DNA of 64,000 nt, taken from positions 2,046,001-2,110,000 of the forward strand of contig SMSO01000036.1 in NCBI GenBank assembly GCA_004764695.1, in the 5' to 3' direction. The position numbers were made by a program, and so were the translations under genes. Below are positions 35,185 to 46,033 of the stretch, one piece after another; positions within the stretch are counted from its first letter, which is position 1, and each line of letters starts with the position of its first letter. Source of the stretch: Schizochytrium sp. TIO01. Lineage: Eukaryota; Protista; Bigyra: Labyrinthulomycetes. The notes under the pieces are model-generated. The model saw only the letters and a list, made by a program, of their open reading frames with translations. It was not told where the DNA came from and searched no databases.

Positions 35185-37503
35185 TCATGCTTGAGGGTAC
35201 TGAGATAAGTCCACAACAAATCGCGCTCCCTTCATAAAAGGATACGCCCCAGCCCACTCTGGCAAAGTAGAGGTGCCAACTTCGGCCACACCATGATGAA
35301 TGGGATGTGTCAGCGTGCCACGAAAAACTAGTGCGTCTCCACTTTTCATCACTATCCGCGCTCCATTGATTGTCACTACAGCGTCCTCTCCTATGCTAAT
35401 AAGGGTTTTGCACGCGTCGCTTAACACAGGGCGTGGCTCCTCTGCGCATCCATGCACGAAACATTGTAACTGTGCTTCCCGGAACCCGCCCGGTGTCGCA
35501 CATTCCTGAAGCATACGTACACCTGCCTGCCTATCAGCAGTGGTAAATCTTGGATCATTTTCAATGGTAGAACATGCCTTTGTTGAAGCCGCATCAAAGT
35601 GCGAGGCCCATGAATCAGCATGCAATGGCATGGAAAAGGATGGGAAGCTCATCCGCAAACCATCCCCAATTTGCAACAACGGCGCCATGCGGCAAAGGTG
35701 GGTCGAAGCGTACACTGCGTCAAACAGAGCCTTGCCACCATCACTGCAGTAGTTGCGGATGAATATCACAGGGATATGACCATGACGAATAGGTTGCATC
35801 TGGTCAACTGTATTTTGATTCAATGGTAACCCACGCGCAAGGTGAACTCGAATGTGCTCTCGTAGGTCTTCGCATTGCATCATGTACCGATCTTCTATCA
35901 TCTGCGGTGTGATGCATAGCTGAACGACTTCTGAGTTTGTTGAAGCCATTTGAGCCTCACACTGGACGGGTTCTTGGACAATAAGGACTGTTCCATTGTG
36001 AGCACCAGCAGCCACGAGAGAACGAGAGCCATCTGCGCTCCGACGAAGATGCGCCGGCTGGAAAGCCGCCATGGCCAATACAAAGCGCCTCCGTGAAACG
36101 TTAGGACCAAACTTTGCCATCACTGCCGCAAAAAGTTCCTGAACTGTTGCTGTCGTTGGCAGTGTAACAACAATGGACTTCTTTCTTTTCTCAATGAACA
36201 CGCGCATAGTAAAAGTATTCGACGATTGAAGAGGGGCGCTGCGGCCCGTTTGTGTGCGGGTATCTACGCATTCCTCAATCCAATTGACGGTTCTAAGTGC
36301 GATATCTACAGAGCTAGTTCCGTCACGCAGACGAGTTGGTTTGCCGTCGAACTCGATATCGTGAATGTTCTTCATTGACGGCCGCCAACCAGTTGCCATG
36401 AGAAGACGCAACACTGTGCCAAAGTGCGTCTCGAAACAGCTGTTTTGAAGGTTTTCAACCCGAATAGCCAGGGGTGCCCCGCTTTGTGCGCGCTCCAAAA
36501 GGCCGCGAAGAGAGGTCATCATGGTCTTGATCCCCAACATCCAGCGGACGTCCACACGGTCAAGGAGCGTAGCCAATTGGTTCGCGGCCTCTTGCAAGAC
36601 CTCATCAATGGACTCAAAAGAAGAGCTGCTGGTGTGACTCTGCGATAGCATTACAGGTGGCTGGCCCATGACCATAAGGTCTTGATTGTCGCCGCTGTGA
36701 TTCCGAGAGAGAATAACCGGGTCGCCCCTGCGTCGCTTTGCCTCAGCTTCTCCAGCCTCCTCGCGAGACGATTGTGTCTGGGCCCTGCATACCGTCCTTG
36801 GCTCCACCTTATCATGAAACTGGCCTGAATTACTACTCGCTGCCGTACAAGGGGCCATCGGCGGTGATGTTTCATGTGAAGCAGTCTGCATTGAAGTGCT
36901 TTGAGAACTCGCATTTCCCACATCTTCGTTTCCAATCTCAGTTTCAACTGAATTACGTGTAAGGTTTTCGTCTGCAACTGCATTAGTATATGTGTTCGAA
37001 GCTATGTTCGCGTTTGTATTGGCGTTCGTGGCAATGTGGTCTGCATTAGATCGCGCTCTACGTTCGCCATTACGTCCATAAGTGGCATCCTGGCCGATCC
37101 TACTACTACGCATTGCTTTCACGACCTCCTCCTGATGCGAAGCTGCTCCTGGATGTTTAGCAACTCCCTGTTCTGCAGTGTTTGGACTTCCAAGGTTGTT
37201 TGAAGAAGGTTCATTTGGCACCAAGCTTGGCGCTGGAGTCGGATCTACACTCAAATGTGATGAAGATGTCGAAGGCGCTGCACGCTTAGCGCCAGCTCGG
37301 ACGCCCGTGTCTGTGTTGATGTTGATGTCGAGGTCCAGATCAAGGTCTGCCCCACGAGGTTGCTCTTGGGTGACTTGATCACCGGAGTTCGTGAAGTCTG
37401 GGGGGGTAGCAGCGCTGGCGTTGGCATCGGCGTTGGTGCTCCTAGCCTTCTGCGCTCTCGCCATCTCCGCGCCCATGGCAGGATTTTGCGAAGCGTCGGC
37501 CAT
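35185..37503 (-). CDS. Multidomain protein: disordered N-terminus, PUB-like domain, ubiquitin/UBX-like domain, C-terminal AlkB-like 2OG-Fe(II) oxygenase domain
   Basis: First ATG at 37503 (the ORF track starts at GTG 37575). IRVENLQNSCF...LRLLMATGW is PUB-like. FTMRVF...VTLPTTATVQELF...SLVAAGAHNGTVLIVQE is beta-grasp-like. LHAD...LISIG...MKSGDALVF...HHGV...RFVV gives the HxD..H..R pattern. Confidence 0.7.
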   Translation of the reverse strand: MADASQNPAMGAEMARAQKARSTNADANASAATPPDFTNSGDQVTQEQPRGADLDLDLDININTDTGVRAGAKRAAPSTSSSHLSVDPTPAPSLVPNEPSSNNLGSPNTAEQGVAKHPGAASHQEEVVKAMRSSRIGQDATYGRNGERRARSNADHIATNANTNANIASNTYTNAVADENLTRNSVETEIGNEDVGNASSQSTSMQTASHETSPPMAPCTAASSNSGQFHDKVEPRTVCRAQTQSSREEAGEAEAKRRRGDPVILSRNHSGDNQDLMVMGQPPVMLSQSHTSSSSFESIDEVLQEAANQLATLLDRVDVRWMLGIKTMMTSLRGLLERAQSGAPLAIRVENLQNSCFETHFGTVLRLLMATGWRPSMKNIHDIEFDGKPTRLRDGTSSVDIALRTVNWIEECVDTRTQTGRSAPLQSSNTFTMRVFIEKRKKSIVVTLPTTATVQELFAAVMAKFGPNVSRRRFVLAMAAFQPAHLRRSADGSRSLVAAGAHNGTVLIVQEPVQCEAQMASTNSEVVQLCITPQMIEDRYMMQCEDLREHIRVHLARGLPLNQNTVDQMQPIRHGHIPVIFIRNYCSDGGKALFDAVYASTHLCRMAPLLQIGDGLRMSFPSFSMPLHADSWASHFDAASTKACSTIENDPRFTTADRQAGVRMLQECATPGGFREAQLQCFVHGCAEEPRPVLSDACKTLISIGEDAVVTINGARIVMKSGDALVFRGTLTHPIHHGVAEVGTSTLPEWAGAYPFMKGARFVVDLSQYPQA

Positions 37504-39580
37504 ACCCGCGCGGATCACCGGAGATGCGGCGGAAGGTGCAAGCGGGAGCGAGGGAACGAAGCTCTTGTGCCCCACTCGCTACCGAGATCCGCGTTTGCGG
37601 TGATTGTGTTCTGCGAGACCATACTCGACAATAATGATAATCTTGATCTTTTCGTGATCATTTTTTTGTTACTGTTCTTGTTGTTCTCCTCATAATTGAG
37701 CAAGTAAATGTGGACTTCTTAAGAATCCCTCACTCATCAACAGACTGAGGTTTCAAAGAATCAAGTGAGAGATAGCCTTACTTTGGTTTCTGCAAATGAG
37801 TGAATGGAATGGTTGGGGGGTGTCTTGTTTTCTAACCTTGTGATAAAATAACTGTATCTTACTTTTTACAATCTTGTGCTGGTAGAAAAGGTTTAGTCGA
37901 TCTGGATGCTCATGAGAAGAAGATTGAGAACCTCACAGAAATCGAAGCTCGCAGTCTCGGAGTTGAGGAATCCTATGGATCTACGGGTAAAACACACCTG
38001 CTGGATAAGAGAAGAGCGGCTACGAATTACATGAATTTTAACGCAGTCTAATTTAACCACCTTTAGGGTGGATCGCTTTCCCCAATCTGAAATGCCAGGT
38101 TTGCTTTTCGAAAATCATACCATACTAGAGAAGAACTATATTCAGTGAAATAGAGCATGGTAAACCAGCGAGCCAATTCATGAATCTTCACTTGGAATTT
38201 CACTTTGTGCTTTGGGCATACCCAGAACGAGCCTAGAGGCTTGAAAATTGATGAGGCACAAAGCTCGGTTTCCATAGAAGGTTCAGCATCCATGCCTCGC
38301 AGCCCAAAAGTCCCGAACCAGAATACAAACAACTATTTTTGAAAGGGTACGGATTTGAAGTAGGCCAACTTGGACTAAATTTAATGAGATGAAAGCTCGT
38401 ACCACGTTTCATTCTTCAAGGGACTAGTATGATGGGCTACCCCTTTTCTTTGTTAAAAGTATCATGCCATGCTGTAAGAAATTACGGCTTTGGCAGATTT
38501 ACAACAATGTGCAAATAAGAATGCTCCGGTCTTCAAGATTTTTTCTGAAAACTTAAACGATGTAGTACATAGAGGTCTCTACGACGGCCAGGCTCTCTGG
38601 GCCTGATAAGCCTCCTGCTTTTCACTTGCGCTGGGTTCTTTGTAAAAACAGAGAGCTCTACTCCTATTGGCTAAGCTAGGTAGACTTGGGCACGTCAGAA
38701 ATCGCAGTGATGCTTATGCAGCCTTTCGAAGGGGCAATCAAAGGACTTGACAAAGAGGCCCGAGAAGAAGAAGAAGAAGAAGACGCAAAGCAGTGGATAA
38801 GAAAATGCTTGCAAAGAATTCGCGTTTCTAAAATCTCGCATAGGTATGACCTTGCTTTTCTTTTACTGCTTGTCATGGCCATTTTCCATATGCAGGAGTT
38901 CAGCCAGCATGTCAGGATCATTTTCTCTTTTGCCGCGACGCATCACATTGGAATAACTACATGCAACATGAATGAAATTGCCGCATTTCCCCATACGAAA
39001 AAGTTGAGGGAAAGAGAACCAGAACAGAGAGTACGAAATATTACTTTGGCCTCTAAAATCCACTCATATTTTCCTTGCTTGAAGAGATATTGGACCTCCC
39101 CTGCTGTTGCGAATGCTTCAACTTGTGTCCACTGGAGCATCAAGTACTAAAAGTCCCGAGCGACCGCGGACCTCTCCCTGAGCAGTCCTCGCACACACCT
39201 TGCGTACAATAGCGAGTGCTAACAGTCCTAGTAGAGACTGGAAAACACTTCGACTCGGAGAAGGAAGCAAAAGGCGATGAAATGATCAATTCTTGGACGC
39301 GTCCCAGAGTTCTCGAGCCCGCTTCAGCAAACCGATACTGCAAGTCTCCTGGGCCCTCGCCGGTTCGAGGAGGTTGGTCAACAGACTTGGGTTGAACTGT
39401 TGGTTGCATCGCAAAGTAGCTCGGCCTTTCCTTCGTACAGCTTGGCTTCCCGAGGTGATAGGCCAAGAAAGGAAATAGCCGCAGAAAGCTATTGGTATAG
39501 GCCTATATCGTGACACGTTGAAAGGAGAAGCTTGCTTTTGCAGAAGCATAAGATTGAGGATTCAAGGTGTACCAAGAACA

Positions 39581-41338
39581 ATGGGGACCTCATGCCTTCT
39601 ACGGTGGTCTATTCTCCTGGTCTTTTCGTTGTCTGCGTTTGCGAATGGCCTGAACGGGATGGCCATGGCATCTATTGCAAAGAAGATATCGGCCTATTTC
39701 CATGTGAGCTACAATGCCGTTAACCAACTCACGGTGTTTGGCATGATCTTTCCAATTCTCACGTATGTTCCTGCGATGTGGATATGCGATCGCAATAACA
39801 TTGAACTTCCATATTACCTTGCAATGTTCGTGGTTGTTACTTCCATGTGGGTAAGGTACCTTTTCGCGACGGCAGATGCAAATGGCTTTGCAGTGATACT
39901 ACTTACGCAGGCAATGGTATCACTAGTCTCTGGACCCTTACTCAATTGTTTACCTCCTGCTCTTTCACATGCGTTTTTCCCCAAACAGGAACAAACCTTG
40001 GCCACGAGCATTGGCACTCTTTCATCCTTACTTGGCCTTGGCGCTGGCCTAGTCTTGGCGCCCATTTTTGAAGAAAGTATCCCTGAGCTCTTGCTCTTTC
40101 ACGCCTGGGCTGTGACTATCCCCCTCGGACTATCTATGTTTTGTTTGGATGCTGCGAAACTGTGTGCTCCTGTCTCTACAGAGGACGATGAGCGAAGAAC
40201 CTCTTTTGGAGAACTTGTGCGGTCCATGTCAGCACTTTCATCGCCGTCGAGTATGGGATTTTCACCTGTGCGGCCGGAGGAGCACACCATGCTTGTAGGT
40301 GAACACGAAATTTATGACCCATCCGCATACCATCGGATCATGCATCGTGAGGATAGCGGCCGGGGTCCAGCTTTTTACGCTATTCCGTGTAGAAATTTCA
40401 AGCGTGGTACTGGGGGCAAAGGTGTACATGTTCCTTTTGTCTTAAGTTCAGCTTACCACATCGTCGAGGAGCGAGAAGAGGATGTTGACGAGCTGGGTCA
40501 TCGTTTTTCCTTTTCAGCGATTTCCTCAAACGCCCAGCAACAGACCCATTCAAGGAGCTCTGCAAGAGGTGAGATGGAGCAGGGAGGTCCTCAAGACAGG
40601 GCTTCAAGCACGTTGCACTCTGACACCATTCGTCTCAATAACGGTAGTGAGATAAATGATCACTCTGAGGAAGCTCTTGAGGTGCCTCTCCTGGAGAATG
40701 ACAGGTTTTCAGAGGAAATCGCATTGAGTCCATATTTGGAAGCTCTGAAAAGCGTGGTGTGTTGTGGCATTTTTCTTCGTCTTACTATTGCTATTAGCTT
40801 GCTTACAAGTGTGATCACCTGCCTTATGACTTTGGTTAATGAAGCAAGCCCACCTTCCATTGATAACGCAGCTGGAGCCCAAGTGGTGTCTGGATTGTTT
40901 TTCGGTTTTGGAACTATTGGTACAACTATAATGAGTATGCTTGCTGACAATGAATCAAGGCGCCACATACAAGTCGCACGTGCGTCAGTTCTTCTCAGTA
41001 TTTTGCCTATTCTTATAACTATGCTTGGATGGCACCTTGATTATGCCGTGCTCATCTATACAGGCATTTCGTTCCTTGGCTTCTTCGGGTTTGGATTATT
41101 GCCTATTTGTATTGAGTTAGGTATTAAAATTACTTATGATGAAGCTAATGAGGACATGAGCGCAGCTGTTGCTGGACTCATACAGGCAAGTACAAATGTA
41201 TCATCGGTCTTTCTCATTCTTATTACGACTCCAGGAAATATCCCTGGTCTTACAACTCCTTACATCCCATTCGTTTGGCTTGGAGTTTTCTACTTTGGAG
41301 CAATCTTGTTCTTCACTATTCCTGTCCGTTGCTCTTGA
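39581..41338 (+). CDS. MFS transporter, FLVCR/SLC49-like, with an expanded central cytoplasmic loop
   Basis: Two bundles of about 6 hydrophobic helices. Motifs FFPKQEQTLATSIG and LPICIELGIKITY match FLVCR-family consensus. First ATG at 39581. Confidence 0.85.
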   Translation: MGTSCLLRWSILLVFSLSAFANGLNGMAMASIAKKISAYFHVSYNAVNQLTVFGMIFPILTYVPAMWICDRNNIELPYYLAMFVVVTSMWVRYLFATADANGFAVILLTQAMVSLVSGPLLNCLPPALSHAFFPKQEQTLATSIGTLSSLLGLGAGLVLAPIFEESIPELLLFHAWAVTIPLGLSMFCLDAAKLCAPVSTEDDERRTSFGELVRSMSALSSPSSMGFSPVRPEEHTMLVGEHEIYDPSAYHRIMHREDSGRGPAFYAIPCRNFKRGTGGKGVHVPFVLSSAYHIVEEREEDVDELGHRFSFSAISSNAQQQTHSRSSARGEMEQGGPQDRASSTLHSDTIRLNNGSEINDHSEEALEVPLLENDRFSEEIALSPYLEALKSVVCCGIFLRLTIAISLLTSVITCLMTLVNEASPPSIDNAAGAQVVSGLFFGFGTIGTTIMSMLADNESRRHIQVARASVLLSILPILITMLGWHLDYAVLIYTGISFLGFFGFGLLPICIELGIKITYDEANEDMSAAVAGLIQASTNVSSVFLILITTPGNIPGLTTPYIPFVWLGVFYFGAILFFTIPVRCS

Positions 41339-41510
41339 ATTCAGCTCAACCTTGCATTCAATGTCATCGAGTAGACACAATCTGAGATGCTGAAAGAAAC
41401 AAATGGAGGAATGTATCTATTCATAACACGTTTATAGCGAAAGTAGAGCAATACATATATCATTTTTCCTCTTATTAATTTTACATGCATGATTCTCTTA
41501 AACGACGGTA

Positions 41511-43865
41511 TTAACGAAGCTGCCAGACTGCGACATCACGTTGGTCACGATCGTCTTCATCGTCTTCACTCTCGGAATCATTCAAGAGAAGATTCGGAGC
41601 GGCAACCTTTGGTTCCTTTAATCCGCCATCACTCAAAGATGTAGTTGTAGTAGACACTGACGCTGGCTGTCTTAATTCTGTTGAGGGCTTCGTTGAAGCC
41701 TCATTTGACGTAGTGATAATTTCTTGAAAATTGAGCACTTTTGTTGTTGCATGAAAATTCTGGTTAGTCTTTTCTCTGACCAAAGTGCTGGTCTCTGATG
41801 AAGCAGATTTTCTCTCCTTTTCATCGCTATCCGAAACCCGTGTCCTCTTAGGAGGAGAGTCATCGTCACCATCCTTTGAAGAGGCTTTCCTCAATGGCAC
41901 AGGTGTAGACGGTGCCGCTTCTGGTGGGCTAGGAACCGGTGCCCGAGGGCGCTTTGTGGCTATAAGTCCGGACTTTGAGCCTATTTGTCCTTTGACGTTT
42001 CTCCGGGAACCGGGGTGCTTGCGAACCGCTTCTTGAATGTAAGGGTGGGCATCTGCGAGATCAAATTTTTTATTTACCTCTGCCGTATTTCTCCATGCAG
42101 ATGCAACACTTGCCATCTTCTTCCAGTCTACGATCTTTGCAAAGGCAATAGACTGTTTTGTGTCTTTCAAAGGAGCCCAAATGAGATAGCGAATAGAACA
42201 GTTATCCTTTTCTGAAATACACTCGGTAAAGCAACTTGGCATGTCGCGTTGCGCTTCCCCTTCCTTGCTTCGCGCGCTTCCCTGGCTTTTTGCCCCAACT
42301 TGCACCCTGCAAGTAGGAGCTGGTGCACCCATGGGTATGTTGTCAGAATCAGGGTGGGCTGCTTTAGTATCTTTCTTCTGTTGTTCTTCACCCAATTGCG
42401 CGACTTGGGTGTTTTGTGTTGCCTGTGTCTCTGAATGACTAAGAGTTGAAAGGCCAGCTCCTGTGACTCGGCGATTAAGACGAGATGCCGAGGTTGTACG
42501 TTTGACTGCCTCAGTCAGCGGTGATTGCGAGTTGAAATGTTCGGATCCCTCATGACCTTGCACACGGCGACGAGGAGACTCAAGTGTTTTACGTTGCGTT
42601 GCCAAAGAAGTTTGCGTACTGGTTGCGTCCAATGTTGATGCGCGTGTTTCGTACGGATGACTACTTGTATTCATGGTATTAGACATATTTGTTCCAGATG
42701 CCCTCCTATTGGTGTGAGACGTTCTGAAGGTACCAACATCACCGAAATCGTCATCTTCATCGTTATCGTCAGATACATCCTCGTCCTCCCCATGTCTACT
42801 AGATGCACGACTGATTCTGCTGTGACGTCTTCTCCCTCGATTCGAATCACCTGAGTCGTATGCTCCATCCTGATCACTATCTTGAGCATCTTCCTCATCA
42901 ACTCCGTCACCCCGCCCCACAGTCATACGACCTCTGGCACGCCGAAGGTTGGCAAGCATCTCCTTCTTGCCATTAAGAACCTGGGCAAAGCGTTCAAGAA
43001 GGTCAGCTCGTTGGCGTTCAACAATATCAGCAACAGCTTCTTGATCAGCCTGCGACTTCTCCATAGCCTCGTGACATATCTTCAATTCATTTTCGCGACG
43101 TTTCTCGTCTGCACGATCTGCAATGCCTTTTCGCACTACTGCATCAAACGCAAGCTGTCGAGCCTTGGCGATCTGATCTGCACCACTCACCCTAAGTAAT
43201 GGTACACGAAGCTTTCTTAGCGGCACAAGGTCTTTTGTAATCTTAGAAATATCAAGAATTTTTCGCTCTCGACCCTCAGGTGCTGGTGGAAGGTCTTCGC
43301 GACCTGTCTCATCTACAAGTCTATACCTTAGTGAGATTTTTGAGCCAGCTGTTGTGAACCTTGCTGAGTTTCGCTGGATGAAATCTTCTGGCTCCTCCGG
43401 ATCGAGGGCACCTTGCTGCTCGTGGCAAATGTCGATGACACCCTCCCAGACCTCTTCTGCACAGTCCAAGACTGTGAGCAAAAGCGCTTCGTGACTGTAT
43501 TCTGAATCTAGCCCTGCAGGAATTGTTTCTTGGCTTCTGCTTTGTCCAGAGGTTATTGATGCTTGTGTACCAGAACGGTTTGATTCACGGTTAGGTTGAC
43601 CAGGATTTTCGGGAACGGCAAGTGGCTCTTGTTTAACTTTTAAAAGGTCTTCGCCAGCAAAATTCTGTGTCGGGTTTTGCATGAGCTTGGCGCTCAGAGA
43701 TTGCGTTGCTTGAGTTGCATTTCCAGGCACTTGCGACGGAGGCGTCAAAGTCGTGTTTGAGGTCGAGCTGGGGTTAGAAATTCGTTGCAGAGGTCGCAGC
43801 ACAAAGTAGTACGGTCGGGAGCGAGCATCGCGGCCCCTCGACAGCAGAACGTCAAGCCTATTCAT
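41511..43865 (-). CDS. XRCC4: XRCC4-like NHEJ scaffold protein with a long C-terminal extension
   Basis: Head-like LLTVLDCAEEVWEG, then a coiled coil containing DLLERFAQVLNGKKEMLANL, which matches the XRCC4 ligase-IV-binding segment (human [20 protein letters not shown]). An acidic and S/T-rich tail follows. Confidence 0.65.
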   Translation of the reverse strand: MNRLDVLLSRGRDARSRPYYFVLRPLQRISNPSSTSNTTLTPPSQVPGNATQATQSLSAKLMQNPTQNFAGEDLLKVKQEPLAVPENPGQPNRESNRSGTQASITSGQSRSQETIPAGLDSEYSHEALLLTVLDCAEEVWEGVIDICHEQQGALDPEEPEDFIQRNSARFTTAGSKISLRYRLVDETGREDLPPAPEGRERKILDISKITKDLVPLRKLRVPLLRVSGADQIAKARQLAFDAVVRKGIADRADEKRRENELKICHEAMEKSQADQEAVADIVERQRADLLERFAQVLNGKKEMLANLRRARGRMTVGRGDGVDEEDAQDSDQDGAYDSGDSNRGRRRHSRISRASSRHGEDEDVSDDNDEDDDFGDVGTFRTSHTNRRASGTNMSNTMNTSSHPYETRASTLDATSTQTSLATQRKTLESPRRRVQGHEGSEHFNSQSPLTEAVKRTTSASRLNRRVTGAGLSTLSHSETQATQNTQVAQLGEEQQKKDTKAAHPDSDNIPMGAPAPTCRVQVGAKSQGSARSKEGEAQRDMPSCFTECISEKDNCSIRYLIWAPLKDTKQSIAFAKIVDWKKMASVASAWRNTAEVNKKFDLADAHPYIQEAVRKHPGSRRNVKGQIGSKSGLIATKRPRAPVPSPPEAAPSTPVPLRKASSKDGDDDSPPKRTRVSDSDEKERKSASSETSTLVREKTNQNFHATTKVLNFQEIITTSNEASTKPSTELRQPASVSTTTTSLSDGGLKEPKVAAPNLLLNDSESEDDEDDRDQRDVAVWQLR

Positions 43866-44697
43866 ACCTGTTCACTGCGCGCTACGGAAGCGGGTCCTCG
43901 AGGAAACCCGACCCCGGTTTCGCACAGGGTCAAAGAGACTCAACAGGCTGGGACTTCTTGAGTTTTGAAGAGGTCTGTTTCCATTCTTACGAAGCCCGTT
44001 TTTTGGTTGTTCACCAACACAGCCTTATTTATACATTTGTCTATATCATGATATGAGAATTATAGGACTTATCCTTGGGACCAATCTGCCCCTTTTCTTT
44101 TTTAATATTGGGGCAGCTCTTGTCAAAACCCGGCCTAGTTGGTTCAATCCTCTCGAGAAGCAAACTATTCTGAAAACTATCGAGGGAGACAATCAACGGA
44201 TGGCCTTGGATGTAGAATTGACAAGAAATGTGGTCGTTATACGCCCTCAATTACCTCTGCTCTCACCATTTTGTACTATAGCCCCTACCATGGGATCATA
44301 GTCCTTATTGAGATAGGAGAAGTAGTCTTATGGGGGGTTAATGTAGGACTTAGCACGTGACGAAGGTTATGTCAAAAGGAGTTAAACGAGGAGGGGTTAC
44401 ATTTCTGACGGAATGGAGAGCGCATGGGCTGGGAATCAAACTCCAAGTTGGGATGTTCACAGCACCACTGAGCCCCGAGAGTACGTGCAAGACTTACCTG
44501 GAGGGCAATAGGAGGGAGCAAAGAGACAAAGCAAGGTTACTGTTTAGACCTAAGGAGGGTATTTACGGATAACTTTTGAGAGTCGCGAAGACTGGGTTCT
44601 TCTGGTTGATGGCCTTCTTGAAGAGCTAGCTCTGAGCTAGTTGCTCCTCAAAGATTTGGTTGGCATAGCAGGACATCTTCAAGAACAGATCCCGCCG

Positions 44698-45825
44698 ATG
44701 CATGCAAAGAGACTAAGAGATGTATCTACATCGGGGAGTAGCGAAACTCTGGGGAAAAGTGAAGAATGTAGAGAGGAAAGAAGGCACCAAATTGCAGCTG
44801 CAAGCGATTGGGGTCTCAATCCTTTGTTCTGGTGCCATGTAACAATGCTTATTGCTCAGGTTCATGGCCTGAGACAAGACAAAGAGAGCCAGTGCGAACA
44901 TGTCTTGTGTGGGATGCACTCAATTTCTCGAGCTGAAATAATGGGCATCATCACTTCCATAGATATTCGTGAAAATTTAGTGAAGTATCTTGTTGACGAC
45001 GGAACTGGTGTAATTGCCTGCGTTGAGTGGAAAACAAACACTCCAGGGATAAACAAACTTAGACTTAAGACTCAAAGGCAAATAGAAATCACATTTAAGC
45101 TCGGCCAGCGGGTACATGTTTTAGGTAAACTCAAACTAATGCTCTCTGAGTATTCAGAAGGTTCCTCAGCAGATATGAAACGTGAACTCATTATAACGAC
45201 CATTCTTCCTGTAAATGATCCGAATGAGGAGATTTTGCACTGGGCACGGGCAAAGCTTCTGATGGAGACAATGTATTCCAAGCCAGCGCACAGTGCCTTT
45301 GCAAAATCTTGGAAGCTCCACTTTGCAACGGACGGGAATGAAGCAGTTTCGGAAATTGCGGAGAGGACGGAAACTCTTCTCGGAGGTTTGTTACTTAAAC
45401 ATTTGGAGCAACATGAAACTTCGTCAACTGATGAAATCTTTTTTAGACTGCGTGACTTCGTGGAGCTGGAGAACCTTTGGAAGGAAACGCAGCGTCGCAC
45501 GGGGCTCCGGCCCACGGAAGCTCGCAAATTTCTTGGAGGCGCCTTAGAACGTCTTGTTAATAGTGGTAAAATATTCCACATTATGGACCTGTATGGCCTT
45601 GTTTCACAGGACCGAGTGTTGATACCTGCAATTGTATTGACTCTAGCAAAATTTGATTCTGAGAAAGGCTTACGCATGCATGCGCTATTGAAAACGCTTC
45701 ATGCCGATGAACGATGTAAAAATGTTTCTCAGGAAGCAATCGATTCTGCTTTAACCCGTCTCAAAGATATTGGGGATGTTTATGAGCCTAGGCACCGCAG
45801 CTTTCGATTGCGCAAGAACCTCTAA
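44698..45825 (+). CDS. STN1: CST complex subunit STN1 (OB fold + winged helices)
   Basis: ISRAEIMGII...YLVDDGTGVIACVEW...LGQRVHVLGKL...DPNEEILHW is the STN1/RPA2 OB fold, and DPN.E..HW is STN1-typical. Two wHTH-like ends (LERLVNSGKIF; LTRLKDIGDVYE). Confidence 0.82.
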   Translation: MHAKRLRDVSTSGSSETLGKSEECREERRHQIAAASDWGLNPLFWCHVTMLIAQVHGLRQDKESQCEHVLCGMHSISRAEIMGIITSIDIRENLVKYLVDDGTGVIACVEWKTNTPGINKLRLKTQRQIEITFKLGQRVHVLGKLKLMLSEYSEGSSADMKRELIITTILPVNDPNEEILHWARAKLLMETMYSKPAHSAFAKSWKLHFATDGNEAVSEIAERTETLLGGLLLKHLEQHETSSTDEIFFRLRDFVELENLWKETQRRTGLRPTEARKFLGGALERLVNSGKIFHIMDLYGLVSQDRVLIPAIVLTLAKFDSEKGLRMHALLKTLHADERCKNVSQEAIDSALTRLKDIGDVYEPRHRSFRLRKNL

Positions 45826-46033
45826 ATGTATATAATCAGGTAGAGGAAAACAGTTTTGCCACAAATGATATACATCTTTGTATCTAAAATTGCTTCACAT
45901 ATGCTTCCTTTTTATGTCCACTGGTAAATTAGATCTCAGGTCCAGGATGGATTTTATGCGGGGTCTTAAAGGATATAGTTTCATTTACGTGGGCAAAAAT
46001 GGTTTGATGTCATATTACAACTAGGATATTCAA

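Noticed and set aside
38060-39480. Several 66-154 aa ORFs between the oxygenase and MFS genes
   Set aside because: Mostly non-ATG starts, no motifs and mutual overlaps; a small spliced gene cannot be fully excluded.
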